A stretch of 64,000 nucleotides of DNA from Longimicrobiales bacterium (GCA_965226375.1 CBDDCX010000008.1:576001-640000); one strand, 5' to 3'. Counted from the stretch's first letter, positions 39,278-48,562 are shown. Notes: generated by a model not told the origin, from the letters alone. Program-made: numbers and translations.

Positions 39278-41101
39278 GTGATGGAGACGGGCGGCATTCC
39301 GCCGAAGAGGGCGGCGGTGCTGATTCTCATCGCGTCTGTGGCCGCGTACGCCAACTCCGTTGCGAACGACTTCGCGTACGACGACAACACCATCATCCGT
39401 GGTAATGCCGTCGTCACCGAGGGGCGGGTCCGCGATGCCTTGAGTTCCCCCTCTTGGCCCGATATGGGGGATGGAGTCGGGCTCTATCGGCCCATCACCT
39501 CGGCCAGCTACGCCGCAGAGTGGAAGTTCTGGAACGGTCATCCTGCCGGGTTCCATGCGGGCAACGTCGCGGCCCATGCGGCGGTTTCGATCTTGGTCTT
39601 CCTCGTCATACTGGCGTTGTCAGCACCTCTCCCTGCGCTGGTTGGCGGAATGCTGTTCGCTCTCCACCCCGTCCATACCGAGGCCGTGGCGAATGTGGTG
39701 GGCAGGGCCGAGCTCTACTCGGCCCTCTTCGTGATGGCGGCGTGCCTGGTATTCACATATTGGGAAAGCGCTTCAGCTCTCGTTCGCGTCGGCCGGCTCC
39801 TGGCCATCGGGGCCTTGTTCGTTCTTGGTTTGGGTTCCAAGGAGATGGCCGCGACTCTCCCGGCGGTGCTCGTTCTCCTCGCCGTGTTGCGGGACGACGA
39901 CGCAACGCCGGTGAAGCGTGTCCTTTCCGATGCTCCCGTCTTTCTGCTGACGGCAACACTGCTCGTGGCATTCCTCGGCTCTCGGATCCTGGTGATCGGA
40001 TCTGTAGCTGGGGAGGCCCCGGCTGCCTATCTGACCGGGCTCTCGACCGGGGAGAGAGTCCTTACGTCCCTGTCGGTCTGGCCACACTACTTCCGGCTCC
40101 TCCTCTTTCCCCTCGATCTGGTGGCCGACTACGGACCGGCCGTTCTCTTCCCGGCGTTGAGTTGGGGTCCAGACGTGGTCCTGGGCATCGTGATGGTCGC
40201 CTGCGGCGCCGTCGCGGCCGTTTGGATGTGGTCCAGGGAGCCGCTCGTCACTCTAGGGCTGTGTTGGTTTGCCGTGACCATCCTGCCGGTCACCAACCTC
40301 CTTTTTCCCACCGGGATCCTGCTGGCCGAGCGGACGCTCTACCTGCCCTCCGTGGGATTCGCGTTCGTTGCGGCCGGATTGGTCCGGTGGACGGCGCGGG
40401 AGAGGCCTCGTTCGCTTGGCATGCTGCTGGTTGCCCTTGGCACGGTCGGAACCGCCTTCATGGCGCGCACGGTCCTGAGAAACCCCTCCTGGATGAGCAC
40501 CTACACCATGTTGAGCACGCTCACCGAAGCGCATCCCGAGTCCTTCCTGGCCATTCGAGCGCGAGCCCGCGGCCTGGACGAAGTCGGAGAAGTGGAGGAG
40601 GCTGCGCGCCACTACGAGGTGGCCGTCGAGCTCGTTCCCGGTGACTACAGTCTTCTCGTCGAGGCGGCGAGGTTCTACGGAAGCCACGAAGGATGGTCGG
40701 ACGCCGAGGGTCTGCTCAGACGGGCCATCAATGTATCTCCTGCGCACCCGGTGCCATGGCAGGTCCTCTCGGAACACAAGCTTCTGCAGGGTCTGGGGCG
40801 GGAGGGTCACGGGATCGCCCTCCAGGGTCTGGCCGTGGTCGGCGCGCACCGGGATCTTTGGACGCTCGTGTCCGAGAGTTACGTGGCCAAGGGTGATTTC
40901 GAGGCGGCCATCCGGGCCCGATGGGCGGCCTTCGGTGCGGGGGCGCCCAACGCAGAGGCATGGAGGCGCATGGCACAACTCATGGAGCTTGCCGGCCGCA
41001 CGGATGAGGCTGCCGCGGCCGAGCAGCAGGCTCGAAGTTTGCCGACCGGCGACAGTGATCCGCGTGGTGCTCTGCAGCAGACTGATGGAGGCCGGCGCTG
41101 A
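39278..41101 (+). CDS. TMTC-like (DUF1736) GT-C membrane glycosyltransferase with C-terminal TPRs
   Basis: NDFAYDD, GLYRP, HPVHTEAVANVVGRAEL, SKE, FPLDLVADY, AERTLYLPS, RN..W, TPR-like tail. Confidence 0.85.
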   Translation: MMETGGIPPKRAAVLILIASVAAYANSVANDFAYDDNTIIRGNAVVTEGRVRDALSSPSWPDMGDGVGLYRPITSASYAAEWKFWNGHPAGFHAGNVAAHAAVSILVFLVILALSAPLPALVGGMLFALHPVHTEAVANVVGRAELYSALFVMAACLVFTYWESASALVRVGRLLAIGALFVLGLGSKEMAATLPAVLVLLAVLRDDDATPVKRVLSDAPVFLLTATLLVAFLGSRILVIGSVAGEAPAAYLTGLSTGERVLTSLSVWPHYFRLLLFPLDLVADYGPAVLFPALSWGPDVVLGIVMVACGAVAAVWMWSREPLVTLGLCWFAVTILPVTNLLFPTGILLAERTLYLPSVGFAFVAAGLVRWTARERPRSLGMLLVALGTVGTAFMARTVLRNPSWMSTYTMLSTLTEAHPESFLAIRARARGLDEVGEVEEAARHYEVAVELVPGDYSLLVEAARFYGSHEGWSDAEGLLRRAINVSPAHPVPWQVLSEHKLLQGLGREGHGIALQGLAVVGAHRDLWTLVSESYVAKGDFEAAIRARWAAFGAGAPNAEAWRRMAQLMELAGRTDEAAAAEQQARSLPTGDSDPRGALQQTDGGRR

Positions 41102-42987
41102 TGCAGTTGTGGCGCTCCCCCTTCCGTTACGTCCGAACAGCCGCCTTCCTCGCGGCGGCCGTCGCCGTACTTCTCTCCGCGAACAGCGTGCTCAACGACT
41201 TCGCTTACGATGATCGCCTCATCATTATCGACAGCGATCTGGTGCAGGACCTGAGCACACTACCACAGGCCATGACCTCACCCTACTGGCCGGGTGAATT
41301 TGGGCAAGCGCTGGGACTGTGGCGGCCCGTAACCACCGGGTTCTTCGGTCTCCAGTGGCCACTCTGGGGCGAGAACCCGGCCGCATTCCATGCGTTGAAC
41401 GTGCTACTCCACGGGGCCGTGACCGCCTTGGTGGTCCTCCTTATTGCCGAACTCGCTCCGCTGGCTCTCGCGTTCGTGGCAGGCCTGCTGTTCGCGGTCC
41501 ATGCGGTACACGTCGAGGCGGTGGCCAATGTGGTCGGATTGGCCGAGGTACTCTCGTCCGTGTTCTACCTGGGCGCGTGCCTCATCTTCATGCGACACCG
41601 GAAGGATCTCGGATTCTTGCCCGGGGCCGCCATCGTGACCCTCTTCGCGTTGGCGTTCTTGAGCAAAGAGAGTGCGGTCACCTTGCCCGGGGTGTTGTTT
41701 CTGTTGGACGGAGCCTGGAAGAATTCGAGCGTCCGGGGCTCGCTTACCTATCTGCGCCGCCGTTGGGCGATCTACGGCAGCATGGTGGTCGTCGCCGGTG
41801 CGGTTCTCCTGGGCCGACAGGCCGTCCTGGGCAGTATTGCCGATCCTCTGGCCCCTCTCGGCGCCGACCTCCTGGCCGGGTCGGTCCCCCGGATCTGGAC
41901 CGTAGCTTCGACCTGGCCCCACTACTTTCGACTCTTGTTCTTTCCGTTGGACCTGAGTGTCGACTATTCCCCTGCCGTCATCCCGATAGCCTTGGGGTGG
42001 GGCGCCAGCGGTCTGCTCGGGGTGGTGATGGTGCTTGGGACGCTGGGCTTGGCGCTCCGACTCTGGGGGCGCACCGAAATGGCGCCGGATGTACACGTGG
42101 GTCGGACCTTCTCGTTCGGCGTCATGTGGGTCGTCATCACGCTGTCCCCGGTCTCCAACGTCTTGTTCCTCTCCGGAGTGTTGCTGGCGGAGCGCACGTT
42201 CTATCTCCCGTCAGTCGGGTTCGTGGCGGCCCTGGCCTGGATGGGACTCGAGCTCTACAAGGAGCGCCGCCACGTGGCGATCGGTGCGTTGGTGGTGGTG
42301 CTGTCCTTGATGTCGATCCGGACGTTTAAGCGTAACGCCACCTGGAGGGACAACGTCAGCGTGTTCGACACGCTCCTCCGGGAGCACCCTGAAGCCGGGC
42401 GAGCCCAGTGGGTATTGGGGGACGTTCAGTATCCGATCGACCCCAGCGCTTCGTTACAGGCATATCGAGTTGCCATCAGTCTACTCGCCGGGAGCTATCC
42501 GCTACTGATGGAAGTGGGACGGCGGCTCCAGGTCAACGGAAAGACCGAGGCCGCAAAGGCCCTTTTCGAGCGGGCTTGGTCGGACCTTCCCAGCATGGGT
42601 CCGGCACCGCAGGCCTTGGCTGTCATCTACTATGGAGAAGGGGACTTCACGGCGGCGATCGCCGCTGCCAGTGCCGCATCGACCGCTTACGGAGGTAGTG
42701 AACCCGTGTCGAACCATCTGTGGGCTCACTCCCTGGCCGCCGAGGGTCGATGGGAGGAGTCTGTAACGGCGCGCCTCCTGACCATCGAATCGGGCGAAGG
42801 TCATCAGTGGCAACAATGGCTATGGTTGGGGCAGGCCTACGCCAACTCAGGCGACACCATCCAGGGCCTTGCGGCCCTGGACAGCGCTCGCATCCGCACC
42901 GTGCGCCCCGAGAGCATCCGCCAAATTGACAGTATTCGGGGGACGTTCGGAGGCCGTGAAAATGCGACTGGTTCGCAGAATCCCTGA
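41101..42987 (+). CDS. Second TMTC-like GT-C membrane glycosyltransferase with TPRs
   Basis: NDFAYDD, GLWRP, HAVHVEAVANVVGLAE, SKE, FPLDLSVDY, AERTFYLPS, RNATW. Confidence 0.85.
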   Translation: MQLWRSPFRYVRTAAFLAAAVAVLLSANSVLNDFAYDDRLIIIDSDLVQDLSTLPQAMTSPYWPGEFGQALGLWRPVTTGFFGLQWPLWGENPAAFHALNVLLHGAVTALVVLLIAELAPLALAFVAGLLFAVHAVHVEAVANVVGLAEVLSSVFYLGACLIFMRHRKDLGFLPGAAIVTLFALAFLSKESAVTLPGVLFLLDGAWKNSSVRGSLTYLRRRWAIYGSMVVVAGAVLLGRQAVLGSIADPLAPLGADLLAGSVPRIWTVASTWPHYFRLLFFPLDLSVDYSPAVIPIALGWGASGLLGVVMVLGTLGLALRLWGRTEMAPDVHVGRTFSFGVMWVVITLSPVSNVLFLSGVLLAERTFYLPSVGFVAALAWMGLELYKERRHVAIGALVVVLSLMSIRTFKRNATWRDNVSVFDTLLREHPEAGRAQWVLGDVQYPIDPSASLQAYRVAISLLAGSYPLLMEVGRRLQVNGKTEAAKALFERAWSDLPSMGPAPQALAVIYYGEGDFTAAIAAASAASTAYGGSEPVSNHLWAHSLAAEGRWEESVTARLLTIESGEGHQWQQWLWLGQAYANSGDTIQGLAALDSARIRTVRPESIRQIDSIRGTFGGRENATGSQNP

Positions 42988-43033
42988 CTCAGAGGCCCGC
43001 CTCTGGGCTTATGGCCAAGAGGCACACGCCCTC

Positions 43034-43046
43034 TAATATGTTGACT
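43034..43046 (-). promoter_or_regulatory. Candidate IHF site upstream of the pilin promoter
   Basis: Minus strand AGTCAACATATTA vs WATCAA-N4-TTR (1 mismatch); AT-rich patch ~30 bp upstream of the -24 element. Confidence 0.4.
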
Positions 43047-43075
43047 AGCATGTACTTACGAGCCTAGGACTGATT

Positions 43076-43092
43076 CTGGACCCGGGTTTGCA
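43076..43092 (+). promoter_or_regulatory. Sigma54 promoter of the major pilin
   Basis: CTGGACCCGGGTTTGCA: GG-N10-GC with TTGCA, ~60 nt upstream of the pilin start; PilR is encoded nearby. Confidence 0.65.
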
Positions 43093-43154
43093 CTTGGAGA
43101 CACCCTCTGAACGTCCATAGGTTGAAGTGCCACCCACTAGCAGGAGAGTTTGAG

Positions 43155-43547
43155 ATGCGGAACAACAAGGGTTTCACCCTCATTGAGCTGCTCATCGTGG
43201 TCGTGATCATCGGTATCTTGGCGGCTATCGCCATTCCGAAGTTCTCGGCGACGCGTGAGAAGGCTTATTTCGCGGCCATGAAGTCGGACCTCAAGAACCT
43301 GGCCAGTCAGCAGGAGATCTATTACTCCGACACGTATTCGTACTCGTCGACCGTGTTGTCGCTCGGGTTCGTCACGTCTGACGGTGTGACGGTCGTGATC
43401 GCCGCTTCGACCGACGGTTGGTCGGCCTCCGCAGTGCACGCTGCGCTCGGCGCTGCCGAGGGTTGCGCGATCTATTACGGGAGCGGTACGGCACCCACTA
43501 CGCCGGCGACTCCTACCTCGCCGGGTGAGATGGCCTGCACGCAATAA
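43155..43547 (+). CDS. pilA: Type IVa pilin (probable major pilin)
   Basis: MRNNKG|FTLIELLIVVVIIGILAAIAIP, strong RBS AGGAGAG, C-terminal Cys pair. Confidence 0.9.
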   Translation: MRNNKGFTLIELLIVVVIIGILAAIAIPKFSATREKAYFAAMKSDLKNLASQQEIYYSDTYSYSSTVLSLGFVTSDGVTVVIAASTDGWSASAVHAALGAAEGCAIYYGSGTAPTTPATPTSPGEMACTQ

Positions 43548-43668
43548 CGCCGGCCAGCCAAGCTAGGACGTAACGTTTACGTCTAGAGAGAGCGTGGTCC
43601 GGGCGCATCCCGGGCCACGCTCTCCGTCGGTCGGGCCCCTTGATCGGACAGACGAAAGGAGATTGAGT

Positions 43669-44142
43669 ATGCGGAAGAGAGGCTTTACGCTGATCGAGCT
43701 CCTCATCGTGGTGGTGATCATCGGCATCCTGGCCGCCATCGCCATTCCCAAGTACTCCGGCGTCCGTGACAAGGCCTTCGTGTCCAGCATGAAGTCCGAT
43801 CTGAAGAACATGGCGACCCAGCAGGAAGTCTACTACAACGCCAACTACACCTTCAGCAGCTCCTTCTCGGATCTCGAAGTGGTGACCAGCAAGGGCGTGA
43901 CCATCACGATCAATGAGGCCACGGCCGGGGGTTGGGCCGCCACGGCCGTCCACGGTGGTCTGGTGGGTGCCCAATGCGGTTTCTATCACGGGGACGCCAC
44001 GGCGGTGAACGCTGCCAATGGCGGCCCCACGGAGGATGCGTGCATTGTGGTGAAGCTGGTTGGCATCACGGACGCCGGCGGCGTGGTGGTGGTCGATGTT
44101 CGCAAGAGCGATCTACTGAGGGACCATCCCTCCAGGAACTAG
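43669..44142 (+). CDS. Second type IVa pilin paralogue
   Basis: MRKRG|FTLIELLIVVVIIGILAAIAIP..MKSDLKN..QQE.YY; RBS AAGGAG. Confidence 0.88.
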   Translation: MRKRGFTLIELLIVVVIIGILAAIAIPKYSGVRDKAFVSSMKSDLKNMATQQEVYYNANYTFSSSFSDLEVVTSKGVTITINEATAGGWAATAVHGGLVGAQCGFYHGDATAVNAANGGPTEDACIVVKLVGITDAGGVVVVDVRKSDLLRDHPSRN

Positions 44143-44175
44143 AGGGACGCTGTTCGCAGGAGCGGGAACACCGCT

Positions 44176-44250
44176 GGTTGGAACCCCGACGGTTGAAGCC
44201 CCGGTGGGTGAAGCCCCGGTGGTTGAAGCCCCGACGGGTAGACGCCCGCC
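44176..44250. repeat. 15-bp tandem repeat x5
   Basis: GGTTGGAACCCCGAC / GGTTGAAGCCCCGGT / GGGTGAAGCCCCGGT / GGTTGAAGCCCCGAC / GGGTAGACGCCCGCC. Confidence 0.8.
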
Positions 44251-44263
44251 GGGGTTTCCCTTT
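44225..44263 (+). terminator. Probable terminator after the pilin pair
   Basis: GAAGCCCCGACGGG-TAGACG-CCCGCCGGGGTTTC followed by CCTTT. Confidence 0.55.
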
Positions 44264-44322
44264 ATCGTTGCACGCCATTCCGGGCCTAGGTCCGGATTTC
44301 GCCACTTTGTAGGAGTCGACAA

Positions 44323-45531
44323 ATGAGGCGCGTGTCATTTCGCACTGCGGGAGAGTCCCACGGACGTGGACTTACCGCCCTTCTGGAGGGAATCCCTGCC
44401 GGGCTCTCCCTGCAGATGGAGCGAGATGTGGACCCCGAGCTCAAGCGACGCCAGGGCGGGTATGGACGCGGTCGTCGCATGAAGATCGAGTCGGATCGGG
44501 CAGAGCTTCTCTCGGGAGTCCGCCTGGGTGAAACTCTGGGGTCTCCCATCTCGATGGTCATCTGGAACAAGGATTGGGAGAATTGGGAAGAGGCCATGTC
44601 GGCCCTTCCACCGGATCCCGAGGGAAATCCAAAGGCGTTGCGATCCCTTTATCTGCCCCGGCCCGGTCACGCGGACCTGGTGGGACTCCTGAAGTACGAT
44701 CGGCGCGACACCCGGGACATCCTCGAGCGAGCCAGCGCACGTGAGACCGCCGCGCGTGTGGCGTGCGGTGCGGTGTGTAAGACGCTCTTGGCGCAGTTCG
44801 GCGTCAGCATCGGGAGTCACGTCACTTCCATCGGCCCCATCGAGGGGGGGGTGCCGTGTGAGTTGCCCGAAGATCTGAACGCCGCCGTGGACCCCTCACC
44901 TCTGCGTACGCTGGACGATCAGGCCTCCGAGAGGATGATCGAGGCGATCGATCAGGCGAAGGAGGATGGCGATACGCTGGGGGGCATCTTCGAGGTCGTC
45001 GCTCGAGGTCTTCCCGCCGGCCTGGGAAGCTACGTGAGCTACGACGCCAAGCTCGACGGACGGCTGGCCGGTGGGGTCATGTCCATCCAGGCCATCAAGG
45101 GCGTGGAGATCGGGGTGGGCTTCGACGGAGCACGGCGCCCCGGCTCACAGGTCCACGACCCGATCGTGGCTGACTCCGACGCCGACCGCGCCGGGGGCAT
45201 CGGTCGTGCCTCGAATCGGGCCGGTGGCCTGGAGGGCGGGATTACGACAGGAGAGCCTCTGGTCGTACGGGCCGCCATGAAGCCCATTTCCACGCTACGA
45301 AAGCGACTCCCGAGCGTCGATATGCGCGATGGGTCTCCATCGGACGCGGCGGTGGAACGGAGCGACGTTTGTGCGGTTCCGGCGGCGGCGGTGGTGGGCG
45401 AGGCCATGGTGGCTCTCGTTCTGGCCGATGCCTTCCTGGAGAAGTTCGGGGGTGACGCCATCAGCGAAACCCGCCGAAACTTCGATTCGTACATTACATA
45501 CCTGAGCGAGCGTGGGTACGGTGGCAGGTGA
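44323..45531 (+). CDS. aroC: Chorismate synthase
   Basis: TAGESHG, RRQGGYGRG, PRPGHAD, ERASARET, NRAGGLEGG, MKPIST, RSD. Confidence 0.97.
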   Translation: MRRVSFRTAGESHGRGLTALLEGIPAGLSLQMERDVDPELKRRQGGYGRGRRMKIESDRAELLSGVRLGETLGSPISMVIWNKDWENWEEAMSALPPDPEGNPKALRSLYLPRPGHADLVGLLKYDRRDTRDILERASARETAARVACGAVCKTLLAQFGVSIGSHVTSIGPIEGGVPCELPEDLNAAVDPSPLRTLDDQASERMIEAIDQAKEDGDTLGGIFEVVARGLPAGLGSYVSYDAKLDGRLAGGVMSIQAIKGVEIGVGFDGARRPGSQVHDPIVADSDADRAGGIGRASNRAGGLEGGITTGEPLVVRAAMKPISTLRKRLPSVDMRDGSPSDAAVERSDVCAVPAAAVVGEAMVALVLADAFLEKFGGDAISETRRNFDSYITYLSERGYGGR

Positions 45532-46072
45532 GGGGCCTCGCCGGTTGGAGCCCCGACGGGTGCTGCTGGTGGGGTTCATGGCCAGCGGAAAGACCAGTGT
45601 AGGAAAGGAGTTGGCGACCCTGCTGGAATGGGGATTCCACGATTTCGACGCCGCCATCGAAGAGCGGGCCGGAGTCACGGTCGCCGAAATCTTCCGCCGG
45701 GACGGCGAGGAGCGCTTCCGTGAGATCGAGTCCGAGGTGGCCTCCGGCTTGCTAAAGGAAGAGGAGGCGGTTCTGGCCACCGGCGGAGGTTGGCCGGCCC
45801 AGCCGGGAAGCTGGGAGGCGGTGCCGGACCGCACACTCAGCGTCTGGCTCCGAGTATCGCCGGGGGTTGCGGTTCAGCGCGCATCAAGCGAGGGTCTGGT
45901 CCGTCCGCTCCTCCTGGGCGAACGCCCTCTGGAGCGTGCCGTCGAGTTGCTGGAGCAGCGTGAGGCGTCCTATGGTCGGGCACAGGTGGTCCTCGACTCC
46001 GATGAGGAGGACCCGGCCGCGCTGGCCACAATGATCATGAAGCACATTCGCAGTGATTCCGACCGAGGATAG
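45521..46072 (+). CDS. aroK: Shikimate kinase
   Basis: GFMASGKT, D.D, GEERFR, ATGGG, RPLL. Confidence 0.93.
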   Translation: MAGEGPRRLEPRRVLLVGFMASGKTSVGKELATLLEWGFHDFDAAIEERAGVTVAEIFRRDGEERFREIESEVASGLLKEEEAVLATGGGWPAQPGSWEAVPDRTLSVWLRVSPGVAVQRASSEGLVRPLLLGERPLERAVELLEQREASYGRAQVVLDSDEEDPAALATMIMKHIRSDSDRG

Positions 46073-48562
46073 ATGACGACAGCGAAAAAGGGAAAGAGCC
46101 TGGTCATCGTCGAGTCGCCCGCAAAGGCGAGGACGATCGGCCGTTACCTGGGCAGCGGTTACGAGGTTGCCGCCTCGGTCGGACATGTACGTGACTTGCC
46201 GAAGAAGGAACTGGGAGTAGACGTGGACCGCGGCTTCGAGCCGAAGTACGTCACGATCCGCGGCAAGGGCAAGATCATCAAGGAGCTCCAGAGCAAGGCC
46301 AAGAACGCCCCGAGCATCATCCTCGCCACGGACCCGGACCGAGAGGGTGAGGCCATCGCTTATCACGTGGCGCATCAACTCGGCTTCGAGGGGCAAGAGG
46401 ATCGGTTCCAACGGGTCACCTTCCGCGAGATCACCAAAGGAGCCGTGCAGAGGGCCCTGGAGAATCCCGAGCCCCTGGACATGGGAAAGGTGGAGGCGCA
46501 GCAGGCACGCCGGATCCTCGATCGCCTGGTGGGCTATCAGGTCAGTCCTTTTCTGTGGAAGCCTATCCGGCCGGGGCTCTCGGCGGGGCGCGTCCAGACC
46601 GTTGCGTTGAGAATGATCTGTGAGCGCGAGGACGAGATAAAGGCTTTTGTGACCGACGAATACTGGTCGATCACGGCTCGGCTGCAGAAGGACGACCAAG
46701 CCTTCGAAGCCAAGCTTCAGAAAATCGACGGAAGAGCCTTCACCCTCGGTGACGAGGCCTCGGCCAAGGCTTTGGTCGAAGAGGTCCGGACCCTCGACTT
46801 CCGAGTGGGCGACGTCAAGCGAAGGGAGCGGCGTAAGAACCCGGCCGCACCGTTCACTACGTCGACGCTGCAGCAGCAGGCGGCCAAGAGGCTCGGCTTC
46901 TCCGCGAAGCGTACCATGAGCAACGCCCAGAGGTTGTACGAGGGAATCGAGCTCGGGGGCCGTGGCGCCGTAGGACTCATCACCTACATGAGGACAGACT
47001 CTACTCGGGTGTCCGGTGAGGCCGTGAATCAGGCCCGCACCTGGGTCACCGAGGAATTCGGTGACGAGTACGTGCCCTCCTCGCCCAGACTGTGGGGTGG
47101 CAAGCAGGCCAAGGCGGCTCAGGACGCACACGAGGCCATCCGCCCCACCGACGTGTCGCTGCATCCCGACGACATGCGCGCCTTCCTGGACCACGATGCG
47201 GCTCGTCTCTACGAGGTGATTTGGCTGCGTTTTGTAGCGAGTCAGATGTCACCTGCCGTTCACGACACGACCACGGTGGACTTCCCGCTCTCGGGTGCCA
47301 GCGGGCGCGCATATCTGTTCCGGTCCACGGGGTCCATCGTGAAGTTCCAGGGCTTCACCCGGCTGTACCTCGAGGCCACCGAGGCCGGGGATCATCGACG
47401 CTTGGACGACCTGGAGCCGCTGCCGGATCTGAACGTGGGCGATCAAGCGTCGCTCGACGGCATCGATCCCAGGCAGCACTTCACCCAGCCCCCGCCGCGC
47501 TTCAGCGAGGCCTCGCTCGTGCGGGACATGGAAAAGCTGGGCATCGGACGTCCCTCCACCTACGCGCAGATCATCTCCACCATTCAGGATCGCGCGTACG
47601 TGGATCTGGAGGAGCAGCGATTCCATCCCACACCGCTCGGTGACACCGTGTCGAAGCTGCTGGTCCGGGTATTCCCGAACATCTTCGACGTGGAGTTCAC
47701 CAGTCGGATGGAAGACGAGCTGGACAGGGTCGAGGAAGGCAAGCTCCAGTGGCAAACCCTGCTCGAGGAGTTCTACCCGCCCTTCCAGGACCAGCTCGAG
47801 CACGGTGAGGCCCGCTCGGAGGAGATCATCAAGGAACTCCTCTCGGCCGAAGGCGAAACGTGCGATCTGTGCCAGCGTCCCATGCAGGCTCGCTGGAACC
47901 GGTTTGGACGCTTCCTCGGATGCTCGGGATATCCGGAGTGCAGGGGTACGCGTCCTCTGGACGGAGGTGCAGAAGAGGTCGTACTCGGGACCGACGAGGT
48001 GACGGGACTGGCCGTATACGCCAAGGTGGGACCCTACGGACCGTACGTGCAGCTGGGCGAGGGTGAAGACGGCAACAAGCCGAAGCGCTCGAGTCTTCCC
48101 AAGGACAAGAAGCTCGAGGACGTGGACATGGCTGAAGCTCTCCTGCTGCTGGCGCTGCCGCGGGCCCTTGGCATCGATGCCGAAACGGGCGAAGAGGTCG
48201 TGGCCGGTCTCGGTCGCTTCGGCCCATTCGTGCGCAGAGGAAAGACGTTCGCCAGCCTGGCCACGCACGACGAGATGTTCACGGTGAGCATCGAAGAGGC
48301 GGTGAGGCTTCTGAACGAGAAAAAGGCCGGCCGGACAGTGCTCCGAGAGATGGGCGCGCACCCTGCATCGGGTGAAAATCTGCAGATCCTCTCCGGGCGC
48401 TACGGTCCTTATGTGACCGACGGCAAGCTCAATGGGAGCTTGCGTAAGGGCACTGAGCCCGAGGATCTGACCATGGACGACGCCGTCGAGCTTCTCGTCC
48501 AGGCGGCCATTCGGAAGAAAGCCGGCGGCGGCCGTGGACGCGGGCGTAAGAAGAAGAAGTAG
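46073..48562 (+). CDS. topA: DNA topoisomerase I
   Basis: IVESPAKA, ATDPDREGE, SAGRVQ, ITYMRTDS, GIGRPST, zinc ribbon, GxYGPY C-terminal repeats, basic tail. Confidence 0.97.
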   Translation: MTTAKKGKSLVIVESPAKARTIGRYLGSGYEVAASVGHVRDLPKKELGVDVDRGFEPKYVTIRGKGKIIKELQSKAKNAPSIILATDPDREGEAIAYHVAHQLGFEGQEDRFQRVTFREITKGAVQRALENPEPLDMGKVEAQQARRILDRLVGYQVSPFLWKPIRPGLSAGRVQTVALRMICEREDEIKAFVTDEYWSITARLQKDDQAFEAKLQKIDGRAFTLGDEASAKALVEEVRTLDFRVGDVKRRERRKNPAAPFTTSTLQQQAAKRLGFSAKRTMSNAQRLYEGIELGGRGAVGLITYMRTDSTRVSGEAVNQARTWVTEEFGDEYVPSSPRLWGGKQAKAAQDAHEAIRPTDVSLHPDDMRAFLDHDAARLYEVIWLRFVASQMSPAVHDTTTVDFPLSGASGRAYLFRSTGSIVKFQGFTRLYLEATEAGDHRRLDDLEPLPDLNVGDQASLDGIDPRQHFTQPPPRFSEASLVRDMEKLGIGRPSTYAQIISTIQDRAYVDLEEQRFHPTPLGDTVSKLLVRVFPNIFDVEFTSRMEDELDRVEEGKLQWQTLLEEFYPPFQDQLEHGEARSEEIIKELLSAEGETCDLCQRPMQARWNRFGRFLGCSGYPECRGTRPLDGGAEEVVLGTDEVTGLAVYAKVGPYGPYVQLGEGEDGNKPKRSSLPKDKKLEDVDMAEALLLLALPRALGIDAETGEEVVAGLGRFGPFVRRGKTFASLATHDEMFTVSIEEAVRLLNEKKAGRTVLREMGAHPASGENLQILSGRYGPYVTDGKLNGSLRKGTEPEDLTMDDAVELLVQAAIRKKAGGGRGRGRKKKK

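Noticed and set aside
43155..44142. Pilin pair as DGR template/variable repeats or silent cassettes
   Set aside because: No reverse transcriptase; differences are mostly synonymous rather than adenine-specific; both genes have their own RBS and leader peptide
44176..44250. Short repeat array as a CRISPR
   Set aside because: Units are 15 bp and contiguous with no spacers; no cas genes in the window
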